Below, piece by piece: positions 5,576 through 15,024 of a stretch of DNA of 64,000 nucleotides. The notes under the pieces are model-generated. The model ran no database searches and had not been told where the DNA came from. It was given only the letters and a program-made list of their open reading frames with translations. A program made the translations under genes and the position numbers. The first letter of the stretch is position 1. Each line of letters begins with the position of its first letter. The DNA comes from a phage: the sequence record PZ166176.1. The stretch is one strand, 5' to 3'.

Positions 5576-5968
5576 ATGAATCTAAAGACTAAAACTGTAT
5601 TAAGTTTTGTTTTAATTGTTGTTCTTATTCTTGCCGGAATGTTTGCTTATAACAAGATACGTGAGTCTGGCTACAAAGATGGTATTGCCTATCAAACGCA
5701 AGTATATCAAGCAGCCCAAGCAAAAGCAAAACAAGATTTCGATGTTCTTCAAAAAAGAGCGGATGAAGAAAGAGCATTATTAAATACTCAAATAAACAAC
5801 TTGTCTAAAAACAATGCACAATTAAAAGCAGATTTAGAGAAGAAGAAACAAACGATCAATGAGGATACAACGAATTATGCAAAAACTAATTCTGGCAGTA
5901 TGTCTTGCTTTGCCCCTAATGATGACGGGTTGTTCATCATCAACAAAAGTTTCCCCAGTTCTTATTGA
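5576..5968 (+). CDS. putative i-spanin (Rz-like): N-terminal transmembrane helix plus coiled coil
   Basis: GAGGAAG RBS; product begins with TM helix VLSFVLIVVLILAGMFAY followed by a Gln/Ala/Lys-rich coiled-coil region; overlaps a lipoprotein ORF in another frame. Confidence 0.45.
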   Translation: MNLKTKTVLSFVLIVVLILAGMFAYNKIRESGYKDGIAYQTQVYQAAQAKAKQDFDVLQKRADEERALLNTQINNLSKNNAQLKADLEKKKQTINEDTTNYAKTNSGSMSCFAPNDDGLFIINKSFPSSY

Positions 5969-6203
5969 TGAGTGTAAGGCTGTAGCCATAGAAAAGGTTA
6001 AAGGTCCAGATTCGGACTTGATGGATAAAGTATCGACACCTGTGCCATACACTAAAAATCAAATTGCAAAAGGGGTTAGTAGATCTGAAGTTGTTAACAA
6101 CCAAACTCAAAACAATGCTCTTTGGGAGCAAGATAGACGAAAGGTTCTAGGTTTACAAACATATATTAAAACACTGCAAGAAAAAGGTATTATTGCTGAA
6201 TAA
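5859..6203 (+). CDS. putative o-spanin (Rz1-like lipoprotein), overlapping the i-spanin gene
   Basis: Signal peptide ending in lipobox-like LMMTGC (Cys-first mature protein); probable start at the internal ATG at 5877; 110-bp out-of-frame overlap with 5576-5968. Confidence 0.35.
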   Translation: MRIQRIMQKLILAVCLALPLMMTGCSSSTKVSPVLIDECKAVAIEKVKGPDSDLMDKVSTPVPYTKNQIAKGVSRSEVVNNQTQNNALWEQDRRKVLGLQTYIKTLQEKGIIAE

Positions 6204-6212
6204 GGAGGGAAT

Positions 6213-8288
6213 GTGGCAAAGAAAAAGGCAGCAGGTAGTTTAGCTGGAGTAGATATTGAAGTAAAGGCTCAACCAGGTAAACAGACTCTTGCAATGGATT
6301 TAATGCCAGAAGTTATGATTTATGGTGGTGCCGCTGGATGTGTTTCTGCTGAAACAGAATATCTTACAAAAGATGGTTGGAGACAGATTAGTGAATATTC
6401 TGGAGAGGATATTTACCAATACAATCCTAAGAATAAGCGTTTAGAATTGGTAACACCTTATTTTGTAGAATACGATTTAAATGGAGATAACCTATACAGA
6501 ATAACAAATGGTGTAGGATTGTTCCAAGAACTTAGTATGGAACACCGTTTTGTATTCTATAAGAAAAAGAAATCAAAGAAACATTTCGAGATTCTTGTAG
6601 GAGATCTTATTGCATTACAGCAAATAGGAAAACCCCTGCAAGGTTATGTAGAAAATCCATTCGGTAAACGTGTTCCTTTTAACATACCTGGTAAAAAGAG
6701 CACTTACTTAAAAATACACGAGGTTATTTCAACAGATGATAAGAAATATTGTTTTGAGACTCCAAGCAGCTATATTGTCTTTAGACGTGGCGATCACTGC
6801 TTCGTTACTGGGAATAGCGGCAAGTCTCGTCTGCTATTGCTGAAAGCTTTAAAATACGCCTACAAAGACCCTTTGTTTGGTGGAATACTTTTCCGTAAGA
6901 ACACCACTGCTCACCGTAAACCAGGTGGTCTGTTTACAGAAGCAAAACGTTTGTATCTTCCTTTACAACCGCACGTAAAAGAAAGTACAATGGATATCAT
7001 TTTTGAAGCCACTGGTGGTGGAACCCTCAAATTTGACCATTTGGAAAATGATAACGTAACAGCAGAAACAAACCATCAGGGTACACAGTATTCAATGGTA
7101 GGTTTTGACGAGTTAACCCACTTCACACAATATGAAATGCTCTATCTTCTGGGACGTATGCGTTCAGAGTCAGAAACAAGTTTCATGTTGTGCACATGTA
7201 ACCCTGACGCAGATAGTTGGGTTTTGAATTGGGTGTTACCTTATCTTGATGAGGGTGGTTATCCTAGAGAAGATATGTGTGGTAAACAAAAATATTTCAT
7301 CATTGTTAACGATGAACCTGTTTTTGCTGACACACCTGAAGAACTGAAAGAAAAATATCCAGAAAACTGTTTCATGGAAAACCCTAATACAGGGGAGACA
7401 GTTGTTATTGAACCACAAACTTTCGTATTTATTGGTGGGACAATATTTGATAACCCAGAACTCATTAGGCTTAACCCTAATTACTTAGCACAGCTTAAAT
7501 CACAAACAGCGATTAAAAGAGCACAGCTTCTGGACGGTTGTTGGTTTGCACGTATTCAGAAAGAATCTTTCTTTCAACGTGAATGGTTACATAAAATATC
7601 TTATAAAGATGTTCCTAACAATCTTAAACTAATGCGAGCATGGGATAAAGCTGTTTCAGTTCCTACAGAAACTTACCGTTATCCAGACTATACAACATCT
7701 GTCAAAATGGGTAAAGACCAAGATGGTAATATCTACATCTTTGGCGACTATGATTATGATGCTGTGGATGAGAAAAGTAAAATTTTCGGAAGGTTTCGAA
7801 GACTACCTGGGGAAAGGGATAACCTGATTCTAAATCAATGTAAGATTGATGGACCAGAAGTTACAGTAGTGCTTCCTAAAGACCCATCTGGTGCTGGGAC
7901 AATAGAATACACAGAGTCTGCAAAGAAACTTATTCTAGAAGGTTTTGTTGTTAAACCAGATGCTATGCCAGGTAACAAGAAAAAGCTTCAGCGTTTTATG
8001 CCTTTTAGTAGTGCGTGTCAAAACGGTTTTGTTTATATTGTTGAAGATTCTTTCCCTAATGTGGAAACTTTAACCCACTTTTATAAAGAATTGGAATCTT
8101 TCAATGGTGAAAGATCTACAGCCACTATTAAAGATGACATTCCCGATGCTGCTGCCTCTTGTTTTAATACTCTGTCAAAAGAGAATACTTTCAAAGCAGT
8201 AGCTATCCCTACAACAACAAATGCTCCTACAGGATACAGTAGAATGAACAGCGGATTTCACCAACCGTATAGTGTCCGTAAAAGATAA
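6213..8288 (+). CDS. terL: terminase large subunit, interrupted by an intein in the Walker A P-loop
   Basis: Walker A (GGAAG...SGKS) is split by an inserted segment; Walker B-like MVGFDELTHF; size and position upstream of the portal gene. Confidence 0.85.
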   Translation: MAKKKAAGSLAGVDIEVKAQPGKQTLAMDLMPEVMIYGGAAGCVSAETEYLTKDGWRQISEYSGEDIYQYNPKNKRLELVTPYFVEYDLNGDNLYRITNGVGLFQELSMEHRFVFYKKKKSKKHFEILVGDLIALQQIGKPLQGYVENPFGKRVPFNIPGKKSTYLKIHEVISTDDKKYCFETPSSYIVFRRGDHCFVTGNSGKSRLLLLKALKYAYKDPLFGGILFRKNTTAHRKPGGLFTEAKRLYLPLQPHVKESTMDIIFEATGGGTLKFDHLENDNVTAETNHQGTQYSMVGFDELTHFTQYEMLYLLGRMRSESETSFMLCTCNPDADSWVLNWVLPYLDEGGYPREDMCGKQKYFIIVNDEPVFADTPEELKEKYPENCFMENPNTGETVVIEPQTFVFIGGTIFDNPELIRLNPNYLAQLKSQTAIKRAQLLDGCWFARIQKESFFQREWLHKISYKDVPNNLKLMRAWDKAVSVPTETYRYPDYTTSVKMGKDQDGNIYIFGDYDYDAVDEKSKIFGRFRRLPGERDNLILNQCKIDGPEVTVVLPKDPSGAGTIEYTESAKKLILEGFVVKPDAMPGNKKKLQRFMPFSSACQNGFVYIVEDSFPNVETLTHFYKELESFNGERSTATIKDDIPDAAASCFNTLSKENTFKAVAIPTTTNAPTGYSRMNSGFHQPYSVRKR
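6339..6815 (+). mobile_element. mini-intein (about 159 aa) in the terminase P-loop
   Basis: Begins CVSAETEYLTKDGW directly after GGAAG and ends ...DHCFVTGN before SGKS; excision would restore the P-loop GGAAGSGKS. Confidence 0.6.
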
Positions 8289-8291
8289 TTG

Positions 8292-8320
8292 TTGACAAAA
8301 GTCACTTTAAAGTGTATTAT
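8292..8320 (+). promoter_or_regulatory. sigma70-like promoter (-35 TTGACA, 17-nt spacer, -10 TATTAT) upstream of the portal gene
   Basis: Strong consensus match; the palindrome ACTTTAAAGT lies in the spacer. Confidence 0.6.
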
Positions 8321-8389
8321 AACTAGATAGGTGAGGTTGTATATAATACAGCCTTGCCTTAACGATTTTATACCTGACTGGAGGAACAA

Positions 8390-9955
8390 GTGTCAACAGG
8401 AAAAAGAACGTACACTAAAAAGTCAGAATACTGGGACAAAGGTGCTGCAAATAAAGCTGCTCTCTCTCCAACAAAAGAGGCAGAGAAAGAGAAAACGTTA
8501 CTCCTGTCACCTGAAATAGGAACGATCGGATTAAACTCAATCAAAGCATTTACGAATTTCATGCAACCTTATGAGACTCGTTTCCCAGAATGTATTCGCA
8601 CTTTTAAAGAGATGGGTGAAGACCCTGATGTAGCTACTGCTCTTGACGCTACATATATCTTTGTAGATAGAGCATTCTTTGATTTCAAGATAAAATACAA
8701 TGTAAACTCGGCAAAGTCAAGAAAAGCTGCTAAGTTTATTGATTACATGTTGCGCAATATGCAAGCCCCTCTACGTCAATATGTTAGATCACTTTTGACA
8801 TATAAGCAATATGGTTTTGCATTCGCAGAGAAAGTTTATGAGTTGGATGAAGATCCTAAAAGTCCTTACTTTGGGTATTGGCGATTAACCAAACTGGCTT
8901 TTAGACCACAAGACACTCTTCACATGGCTCAACCTTTTACATATTCGGCAGACGGACGTTCTATTCTATCTGTTAACCAGAATATCACCAATACGATGTT
9001 AGCTCCAGGTAATACAACTTTAGAAACGGGTATTAAAGAAATCCCTTTCAGTAAAGTTTTATTTGTTGGTAGCAACATTACAGAGAATAATCCACTAGGA
9101 GTTAGTCCGCTTTTAGCTGTATATCGTAGCTGGCGTGAAAAATCTCTTATTCAGGAATTTGAGGTTATTGGGGTATCTAAAGATTTAGGCGGTATGCCAG
9201 TTCTTAAGGTTCCAAGTGACATTCTAAACAGGGCATCTTTAGATCCTGCTGGGGATGAAGCACAATCTCTTCGAGTTCTCCAAGCCAACATCGCTAACCT
9301 ACACTCTGGTGAACAAGCCTACATGGTATTGCCTTCAGACGTTTATGAAGGCACAGTGATGCGTCAATACGATCTTGTATTCCAAGGTGTTGATGGCACG
9401 GGTAAACAGTTTGACACTCAAGCACTAATCAAACAACGCAAGCTAGATATTTATAACCGCTTTGGTGCGGGTGTGTTGATTATGGGTGATGGTGATGCAG
9501 GAAGTTTTGCGCTTTCTGACAACAAACAAACACTATTGTCTCATTTTATTGAGCGAGATGTAGATATTGTTGTAGAAGCTATAAACTCTCAACTGATCCC
9601 TCAAACACTACGACTAAACAATATCTTCCTTTCTGATGAAGATATGCCTAAGTTTGTCAGTGGTGAAATGGGTGATCCTGATATTGAAGTAAATGCTAAA
9701 GCTATTCAGCAGTTGGTAGCCTCTGGTGCAATACCTTTAACCCCAGAAGTTATTAACGAGTTCCTTGAAAAAATTGGTTTTGAATATCGCATCCCTGATG
9801 ATATTGTTGCCAATAAAGAGAAATTCTTTGAATTCATGGATAACTATATGCCTGACAAAACTTCACGATCAGGAGATGGTTTAGCTACAGCGGGAACTGG
9901 AACGTCTGATACTGTTTCTGCTCTAGATCCTTCAGCACAAAACCTGTCGAATTAA
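8390..9955 (+). CDS. portal protein (521 aa)
   Basis: GTG start after GGAGG; size and position directly after the large terminase; called by synteny. Confidence 0.7.
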   Translation: MSTGKRTYTKKSEYWDKGAANKAALSPTKEAEKEKTLLLSPEIGTIGLNSIKAFTNFMQPYETRFPECIRTFKEMGEDPDVATALDATYIFVDRAFFDFKIKYNVNSAKSRKAAKFIDYMLRNMQAPLRQYVRSLLTYKQYGFAFAEKVYELDEDPKSPYFGYWRLTKLAFRPQDTLHMAQPFTYSADGRSILSVNQNITNTMLAPGNTTLETGIKEIPFSKVLFVGSNITENNPLGVSPLLAVYRSWREKSLIQEFEVIGVSKDLGGMPVLKVPSDILNRASLDPAGDEAQSLRVLQANIANLHSGEQAYMVLPSDVYEGTVMRQYDLVFQGVDGTGKQFDTQALIKQRKLDIYNRFGAGVLIMGDGDAGSFALSDNKQTLLSHFIERDVDIVVEAINSQLIPQTLRLNNIFLSDEDMPKFVSGEMGDPDIEVNAKAIQQLVASGAIPLTPEVINEFLEKIGFEYRIPDDIVANKEKFFEFMDNYMPDKTSRSGDGLATAGTGTSDTVSALDPSAQNLSN

Positions 9956-9983
9956 AAATATTTAATATTTTTTAATTTTTCTA

Positions 9984-10011
9984 TTGACAAAACAACAAAT
10001 ATCCTGTAGAC
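9984..10011 (+). promoter_or_regulatory. promoter-like site (-35 TTGACA, 16-nt spacer, -10 TAGACT) with AT-rich upstream element
   Basis: ctattgacaa motif preceded by about 25 bp of A/T. Confidence 0.45.
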
Positions 10012-10048
10012 TAAGATTTATGGGATATCTGTTTTTAAGAGGTTTCAA

Positions 10049-10528
10049 ATGGAACTCAATAAAGATACACTGTGGGAACTCTTCAAAACCTTCGCTGGTT
10101 TTAAAGAGAATTCTGAATCCCAACAAGATTCTATACCATCTCAAAAACCTGAAACTCTAGTCAAACAAAATAAATTTGATGAAGAAAAGATGCAGGTTAT
10201 TGAGGTCTTGTATTGTCCACCTGAAGAAGACGATCTCCACGGAGAGCGCATGTCTGATTTGGAAATCAGGAAGATGGTTGACAACTTCAATGAGAATATT
10301 ACCAATATTAGCGGTAATCTTGGTCACATGAAGAACACCGATAAGTTTGCTCCAATTAAAGCTTGGGTAAATGAAGTCGATTGTTACATTGGTGACGAAC
10401 TCGTTGTGGAAGGAACTCCCCTCGTTAAAATCCAATTCAACGACCCTGAATTATATCAAGCTCGTAAAGACGGCGTTCTTAAAGGTTTGAGTATAGGCGC
10501 AATGGGCGTTAAAGTCAAGAAGGACTAA
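10049..10528 (+). CDS. head morphogenesis protein, function unknown (159 aa)
   Basis: ORF between the portal and scaffold-like genes. Confidence 0.4.
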   Translation: MELNKDTLWELFKTFAGFKENSESQQDSIPSQKPETLVKQNKFDEEKMQVIEVLYCPPEEDDLHGERMSDLEIRKMVDNFNENITNISGNLGHMKNTDKFAPIKAWVNEVDCYIGDELVVEGTPLVKIQFNDPELYQARKDGVLKGLSIGAMGVKVKKD

Positions 10529-10530
10529 TC

Positions 10531-11646
10531 GTGGCAAATACATATTTAACTAACGTAGACTTTTCTGGAAAAGCTACGGAAGAGTCACTAGGTGCTCATA
10601 TTGCTTACACTTTTGATTTTCAAGGTGGAGCGGCATCTGGTTATAATACCCCCCTTTTATTTAAGTCAGACGGATCTCCAGACATAACTTTTGAAAAGTT
10701 AGAAGCTCTCACTAAAATGGGAGAAGATGTTACAGAGTTACGTAAAAGCTATATTCAACAAGTGATGGATCGCATTTCTGAAAAAGTGCGTGAAAAATTT
10801 GAAGCTGGTTGGGATTGGGTTTACGTTATTGATGCTGACTTCGATGCGAACGTTGCAATTTTCTGTTCAGATAACGGTATGTTCTCTGTTGGCTTTAAAG
10901 TTGACGGACTGAATGTTGAAGTTGAAGAGGTTGCTAAACCTGTTGTTCGTGTTACTGATTATCAAGTTGTTGATGGTGATGTAATGATCTCCATTGATTT
11001 CTTTGAGGACGTTTTAGACGATGCTTTGAGTAATCTCGTTAAGAGTTCCTTGAAACAAAGTCAAGTTAAAGATTATTTAGTGAAAGCTCACGCTAAAGCT
11101 AATACAAACTCTGTGGATGCAGAGGCTAACCCCGCAGGTGATAAATCTGCAAACACAACTGGAATCAATAAAGGAGAAACCCCTTTGGAAAATATCAACA
11201 AAGAAGAATTCCTGAAATCTGCTGAATTCCAAGAACTGATGAAAGCACAGATCGCTGAAGCTGTAGAAAAAGCAGCCGCAGATGCACGTGCAGCCGCAGA
11301 ACTTGAAGCACAGGAAAAAATCGCTAAGGCAGAACAGGAAGCAGAAGAACTTCGTAAAGCTGAACAAGCTCGTATCGAAGAAGAATATACAACTGTTGTT
11401 AAATCCTATTCTTTCGTAGAAGAAGACAAAGTTGAAGCTCTCGTTAAATATCTGGTAGACAATAAAGATATCGCTGAAACTATCGTCAAAGCATTCGAAA
11501 AAGCACGTGCAGAAGTGGACGCAGTTAAGAAAGAATTTGGAACAGAACGTGGTGTTGACGTGATCAATACTCAACCTGTAGCTAAATCTTCTTCTGAACT
11601 GATTAGTCAGAAAGCTGCTGAACTTAAAAAAGCCCAGAAACAATAA
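10531..11646 (+). CDS. putative scaffolding / head core protein (371 aa)
   Basis: GTG start; C-terminal half is Ala/Glu/Lys-rich coiled coil (EAEELRKAEQARIEEE); lies just upstream of the decoration and capsid genes. Confidence 0.45.
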   Translation: MANTYLTNVDFSGKATEESLGAHIAYTFDFQGGAASGYNTPLLFKSDGSPDITFEKLEALTKMGEDVTELRKSYIQQVMDRISEKVREKFEAGWDWVYVIDADFDANVAIFCSDNGMFSVGFKVDGLNVEVEEVAKPVVRVTDYQVVDGDVMISIDFFEDVLDDALSNLVKSSLKQSQVKDYLVKAHAKANTNSVDAEANPAGDKSANTTGINKGETPLENINKEEFLKSAEFQELMKAQIAEAVEKAAADARAAAELEAQEKIAKAEQEAEELRKAEQARIEEEYTTVVKSYSFVEEDKVEALVKYLVDNKDIAETIVKAFEKARAEVDAVKKEFGTERGVDVINTQPVAKSSSELISQKAAELKKAQKQ

Positions 11647-11665
11647 TCTTAGGAGATTAAATTAA

Positions 11666-12064
11666 ATGGCTAAAGGAATTACTTTATCTAACTCTCGCCA
11701 GGAATTCGGACACCTGGTTCTGGGTGGAGTGTTTAGCTCTGACCTTGGACACTGTGTACGTGAAGTTAACCTGGTTAAAACAGCAACCATGAAAATTGGT
11801 TCTATCCTGAAAGCTGACAACACTGAAGCTGCTAAAGCTGAAGCTGCCGATGCTGCTAAAGTTCTGATTTGGACTGATGCTCTGTTCGGTATTGACGATG
11901 TAGCAGTAGGTGACACTTTCACCGCAGTTGTTGGCGTACGTGATCTTACTCTGAACCGCTTTGCAGTATACTACAAAGATGGCTCCCTGGTAGATGACGC
12001 TGGCGTAGCAGCACTGGAAACACATGATCTGAAACTGACCGAAAAAGTCGTTTTCACTTCTTAA
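11666..12064 (+). CDS. putative head decoration protein (132 aa)
   Basis: Small gene directly upstream of the major capsid gene; codon usage typical of highly expressed genes (CTG, CGT, GGT). Confidence 0.45.
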   Translation: MAKGITLSNSRQEFGHLVLGGVFSSDLGHCVREVNLVKTATMKIGSILKADNTEAAKAEAADAAKVLIWTDALFGIDDVAVGDTFTAVVGVRDLTLNRFAVYYKDGSLVDDAGVAALETHDLKLTEKVVFTS

Positions 12065-12085
12065 TTTTAATAGGAGATTAATATA

Positions 12086-13087
12086 ATGCCAGCAGTAATT
12101 TTAGATCAGGTTGTAGATTTCAGCCCTATGATCGAACTTCAGGATTCCCCTGATACACTGATTGCCAGCCTGAATCTGTTCAGTGTTGACTATCATTCAA
12201 CTACCGCTATTGAAATCGGTAAAGAAAAAGCTGAAGATGCTCTGATCTCCGCTCGTGAGCGTGGTGGTGAGCGTAACTTCCTGAGCATGAAAAATCCAGA
12301 ACTGAAAGCGTTCCGCATTCCGTTCTTCCCTCTGGATAAAAACATCAAAGCTCAAGATATCCAATCTTTCCGTAGCTTTGCAATGGCAGGAATCAATGAC
12401 TCTCTGCGCACAGACGCTGAAGTTGTTAACCGCTATATGTCCCAGATTCTACGTGACGTAGCAAAAACCAAAGAGAAAATCTTTGCAGAAGCAGTTATGG
12501 GTCGTGCCTATAACGGCGTAGGTGGTGCAGCTAACTCTGCATACAACTGGTATACCGAATGGGGTGCTACCCAGAAATCTGTTGCTGTAGACTTTGCTTC
12601 TACCACTATTTCTCCAGCAGCCACTATCGAGAAAGAAGCTCGTGCTTACATCATCGATACTAAACAAGATGGCTCTACCGCTACTCGTATCGTAGCTCTG
12701 TGTTCTCGTGAATTTTTCGCATCTCTGGTTAACTCTCCATTTGTTCGCCAGGCGTATCAGTATTTCCAGGGAACTCCTAACCTTCTGCGTGACCGCCTTA
12801 GCGGTAACATGGATGTTCAGGTGTTCGAATGGAACGGTGTAACTTACATTGAAGATATCCACGGTAACATCCCTGCTGGTGAAGCATATGTTCTGCCTAT
12901 GGGTATCGAAGGTATGTTCCAGGCGCACTACGCTCCTGCGGATACTCCAGAACTGGCTAACACCCAGGCTCGTGAACTGTATACCTTCATGATCAGCCAG
13001 CACCGCACTATTCAGCTTCAGTCTGAATTCTCGCTGCTCGCAGTTAACACCCGTCCAGAACTGGTAGTTAAACTGACTACGGCTTAA
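12086..13087 (+). CDS. major capsid protein (333 aa; lambda gpE-like family suggested)
   Basis: Size, position after the decoration gene, strong RBS (AGGAGATTAATATA ATG), high-expression codon usage, and a strong terminator downstream. Confidence 0.7.
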   Translation: MPAVILDQVVDFSPMIELQDSPDTLIASLNLFSVDYHSTTAIEIGKEKAEDALISARERGGERNFLSMKNPELKAFRIPFFPLDKNIKAQDIQSFRSFAMAGINDSLRTDAEVVNRYMSQILRDVAKTKEKIFAEAVMGRAYNGVGGAANSAYNWYTEWGATQKSVAVDFASTTISPAATIEKEARAYIIDTKQDGSTATRIVALCSREFFASLVNSPFVRQAYQYFQGTPNLLRDRLSGNMDVQVFEWNGVTYIEDIHGNIPAGEAYVLPMGIEGMFQAHYAPADTPELANTQARELYTFMISQHRTIQLQSEFSLLAVNTRPELVVKLTTA

Positions 13088-13108
13088 TAGAACTCTGTTA
13101 AGATTAGA

Positions 13109-13141
13109 GGCTCGTCCGTGATGGGCGAGCCTTTTCTGTTT
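13109..13141 (+). terminator. rho-independent terminator after the capsid gene
   Basis: Stem GGCTCGTCC / GGGCGAGCC with loop GTGAT followed by TTTTCTGTTT. Confidence 0.75.
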
Positions 13142-13171
13142 ACAATAAGAGTTTACAACGAGGAGATTGAT

Positions 13172-13516
13172 ATGTCAAACCCAGAATTGAAACGTTACTT
13201 TAGTTATCACGAAATGATTCGTGATTTCGAATCGCTTTCACCACTGATCGATGCTGATAAAACATTAGTATCTGCGCCACCAATGTCTTTCTATCTGAAA
13301 GATGGTCGTATTGCATTAGGTGGAAACTTCATCCACTTCCTCACACGTTTGAGAGAAGAAACAGGTATTCTTGTGCATCCTTTTGCAAGTGAAGAACACA
13401 TGGGTTACTATCTTGTAAGTTACGAAGACTATGCACCTGTAAAAATCAAAGAAGAAGTTTTAAAAGTAGAAGCGGTAGACACTCCAGCTAAAAAACGTTC
13501 CCTTCGTAAAAAATAA
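13172..13516 (+). CDS. hypothetical head-tail joining region protein (114 aa)
   Basis: ATG at 13172 preceded by GAGGAG; the track start at 13118 falls inside the terminator hairpin and is unlikely. Confidence 0.45.
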   Translation: MSNPELKRYFSYHEMIRDFESLSPLIDADKTLVSAPPMSFYLKDGRIALGGNFIHFLTRLREETGILVHPFASEEHMGYYLVSYEDYAPVKIKEEVLKVEAVDTPAKKRSLRKK

Positions 13517-13525
13517 GGTGGGCTT

Positions 13526-14074
13526 ATGCTGAATGCGGTAGAGTTGGCACCACTGATCCGAATTCTTGTTTATAACCCTTCTCAAGAAGTATTGCCAGAT
13601 GCAATGCTGATTCAGATCATCCAAACTTGGATTGATATTATAGGGAATGAAGATAAGGATAAGTGTGCAGTATTGTGGAACAGCTTGATTTCTGTTTTAG
13701 AGTATCTATGGAACAACGATGTTCTTAACAACAGTACTCAAACAGGAGGAGCTATGTCCCGCAGAGAAAAGATGGGTGAAGTCGAAGTTGAAGTTAAATT
13801 TAACAACGGTCAAGTAACTTATAAGTCTCCGTGGGAAGATATCTATCATAACTATTTAAACGGTCTTATGGTCATTCCTGGGTGCACGGCAGGACGAGGA
13901 GCAACCAGTAAAGTTCTTATTGGCGGTGTGGATGCTCGTGAGATTGATCGAGTAAACAGCGATCCTAACTCTGTGAATGGTCTTGGTAATGTTGCAAGTG
14001 TTGATCGTAATACACGTAACGTTAATTATTTGCGAAATTACGGACCTGTTTCTTTTTATCGTAGGGACAAATAA
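13526..14074 (+). CDS. hypothetical head-tail connector region protein (182 aa)
   Basis: AAGGTGG RBS; between the capsid and sheath genes. Confidence 0.45.
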   Translation: MLNAVELAPLIRILVYNPSQEVLPDAMLIQIIQTWIDIIGNEDKDKCAVLWNSLISVLEYLWNNDVLNNSTQTGGAMSRREKMGEVEVEVKFNNGQVTYKSPWEDIYHNYLNGLMVIPGCTAGRGATSKVLIGGVDAREIDRVNSDPNSVNGLGNVASVDRNTRNVNYLRNYGPVSFYRRDK

Positions 14075-14562
14075 TGGAAAGTGAGATCTTACCAGGTGAC
14101 GATACAGATTGGGAAACCATTATCAAAAAGATGATGGATCTTGAACAAGTTCAAATCGAAGCTGGTTTTTTAACAAACAAAAGGCATCCTGAATCAGATC
14201 TCACTATTCCTGCAATAGCAGCTATTCAACAATATGGTAATGAAACAAACAACATACCTGCTCGCCCTTTTATAACAGATGGTGCTGTTATCTCACAGAA
14301 CAATATCGCTAAAAAGATGAAGCAGGTGTTTGCAAATTACTTACTGAATAATGTCGGGTTAGCTGTTTTTGAGCCTATAGCGAGAGCCTCTAGAGAAGGA
14401 ATAGCTCAAGCGATTGCAATGCAACGTTATCGTCCTTTATCTCCTGTGACAATTAAGATACGACAAGATAAAGGCAACTATTCTAATCATATCTTAATAG
14501 ATACGGCACACATGATAAATGCAATCGAAACAAAAATCACAAAAAGCAAGTCTAAAAAATAA
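14074..14562 (+). CDS. hypothetical head completion / tail completion region protein (162 aa)
   Basis: Start overlaps the previous stop (ATAATGG). Confidence 0.45.
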   Translation: MESEILPGDDTDWETIIKKMMDLEQVQIEAGFLTNKRHPESDLTIPAIAAIQQYGNETNNIPARPFITDGAVISQNNIAKKMKQVFANYLLNNVGLAVFEPIARASREGIAQAIAMQRYRPLSPVTIKIRQDKGNYSNHILIDTAHMINAIETKITKSKSKK

Positions 14563-14563
14563 C

Positions 14564-14592
14564 TTGCATAAACTTTGTTTTTGATGTATACT
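14564..14592 (+). promoter_or_regulatory. sigma70-like promoter (-35 TTGCAT, 17-nt spacer, -10 TATACT)
   Basis: Good match in both hexamers; followed by AAGGAG and a GTG at 14608. Confidence 0.5.
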
Positions 14593-14607
14593 AAAAAGGA
14601 GATACAA

Positions 14608-15024
14608 GTGTTACTAGATCAATTTACTCTCCTTGATCTAACTGAATACCAAGGTCGTAGACGAGTCTACAAAGAGGCCGTTGGTTCAGTTATTGCTAAC
14701 TTAGAAAGTAGTGTAGAATATGAACAATTTACTATTGAAGCGGCAAGCTTACAACCGATATCTGGTAAAACACTGAATGCACTACCTGAAGGTTACAGAT
14801 CTAAGGCTCAATATAGTTTCTGGACTAAAACAGAAATGAAGGGGTTACAACAAGGAACAGAACAGTTATCAGATCAGATATTGATAGATGGTAAATGGTA
14901 TTCTGTTTATTCCCTTAAAGATTGGACCAGAACATCTTTCTTAGTCCATCATCACTGTGTTGCGATATTAGACGATCAAAACAACTCCTGGTCTTATGGA
15001 ACAGAAGGAGGAAACTTTGGCTAA
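14608..15024 (+). CDS. hypothetical protein (start uncertain; GTG at 14608 or ATG at 14584)
   Basis: Track ORF 14575-15024; the GTG at 14608 has AAGGAG seven nt upstream, whereas the ATG at 14584 lies inside the predicted promoter. Confidence 0.4.
   Translation: MLLDQFTLLDLTEYQGRRRVYKEAVGSVIANLESSVEYEQFTIEAASLQPISGKTLNALPEGYRSKAQYSFWTKTEMKGLQQGTEQLSDQILIDGKWYSVYSLKDWTRTSFLVHHHCVAILDDQNNSWSYGTEGGNFG

Noticed and set aside
11077-11643. Minus-strand ORF (188 aa) inside the scaffold-like gene, plus similar antisense ORFs at 11684-12025 and 12449-13003
   Set aside because: Low-complexity Phe/Cys/Ser-rich translations antisense to strongly supported capsid-module genes; no RBS; typical shadow ORFs.
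13118-13171. Track start of ORF 13118-13516
   Set aside because: The first codons lie within the capsid-gene terminator hairpin; the downstream ATG at 13172 has a proper RBS.
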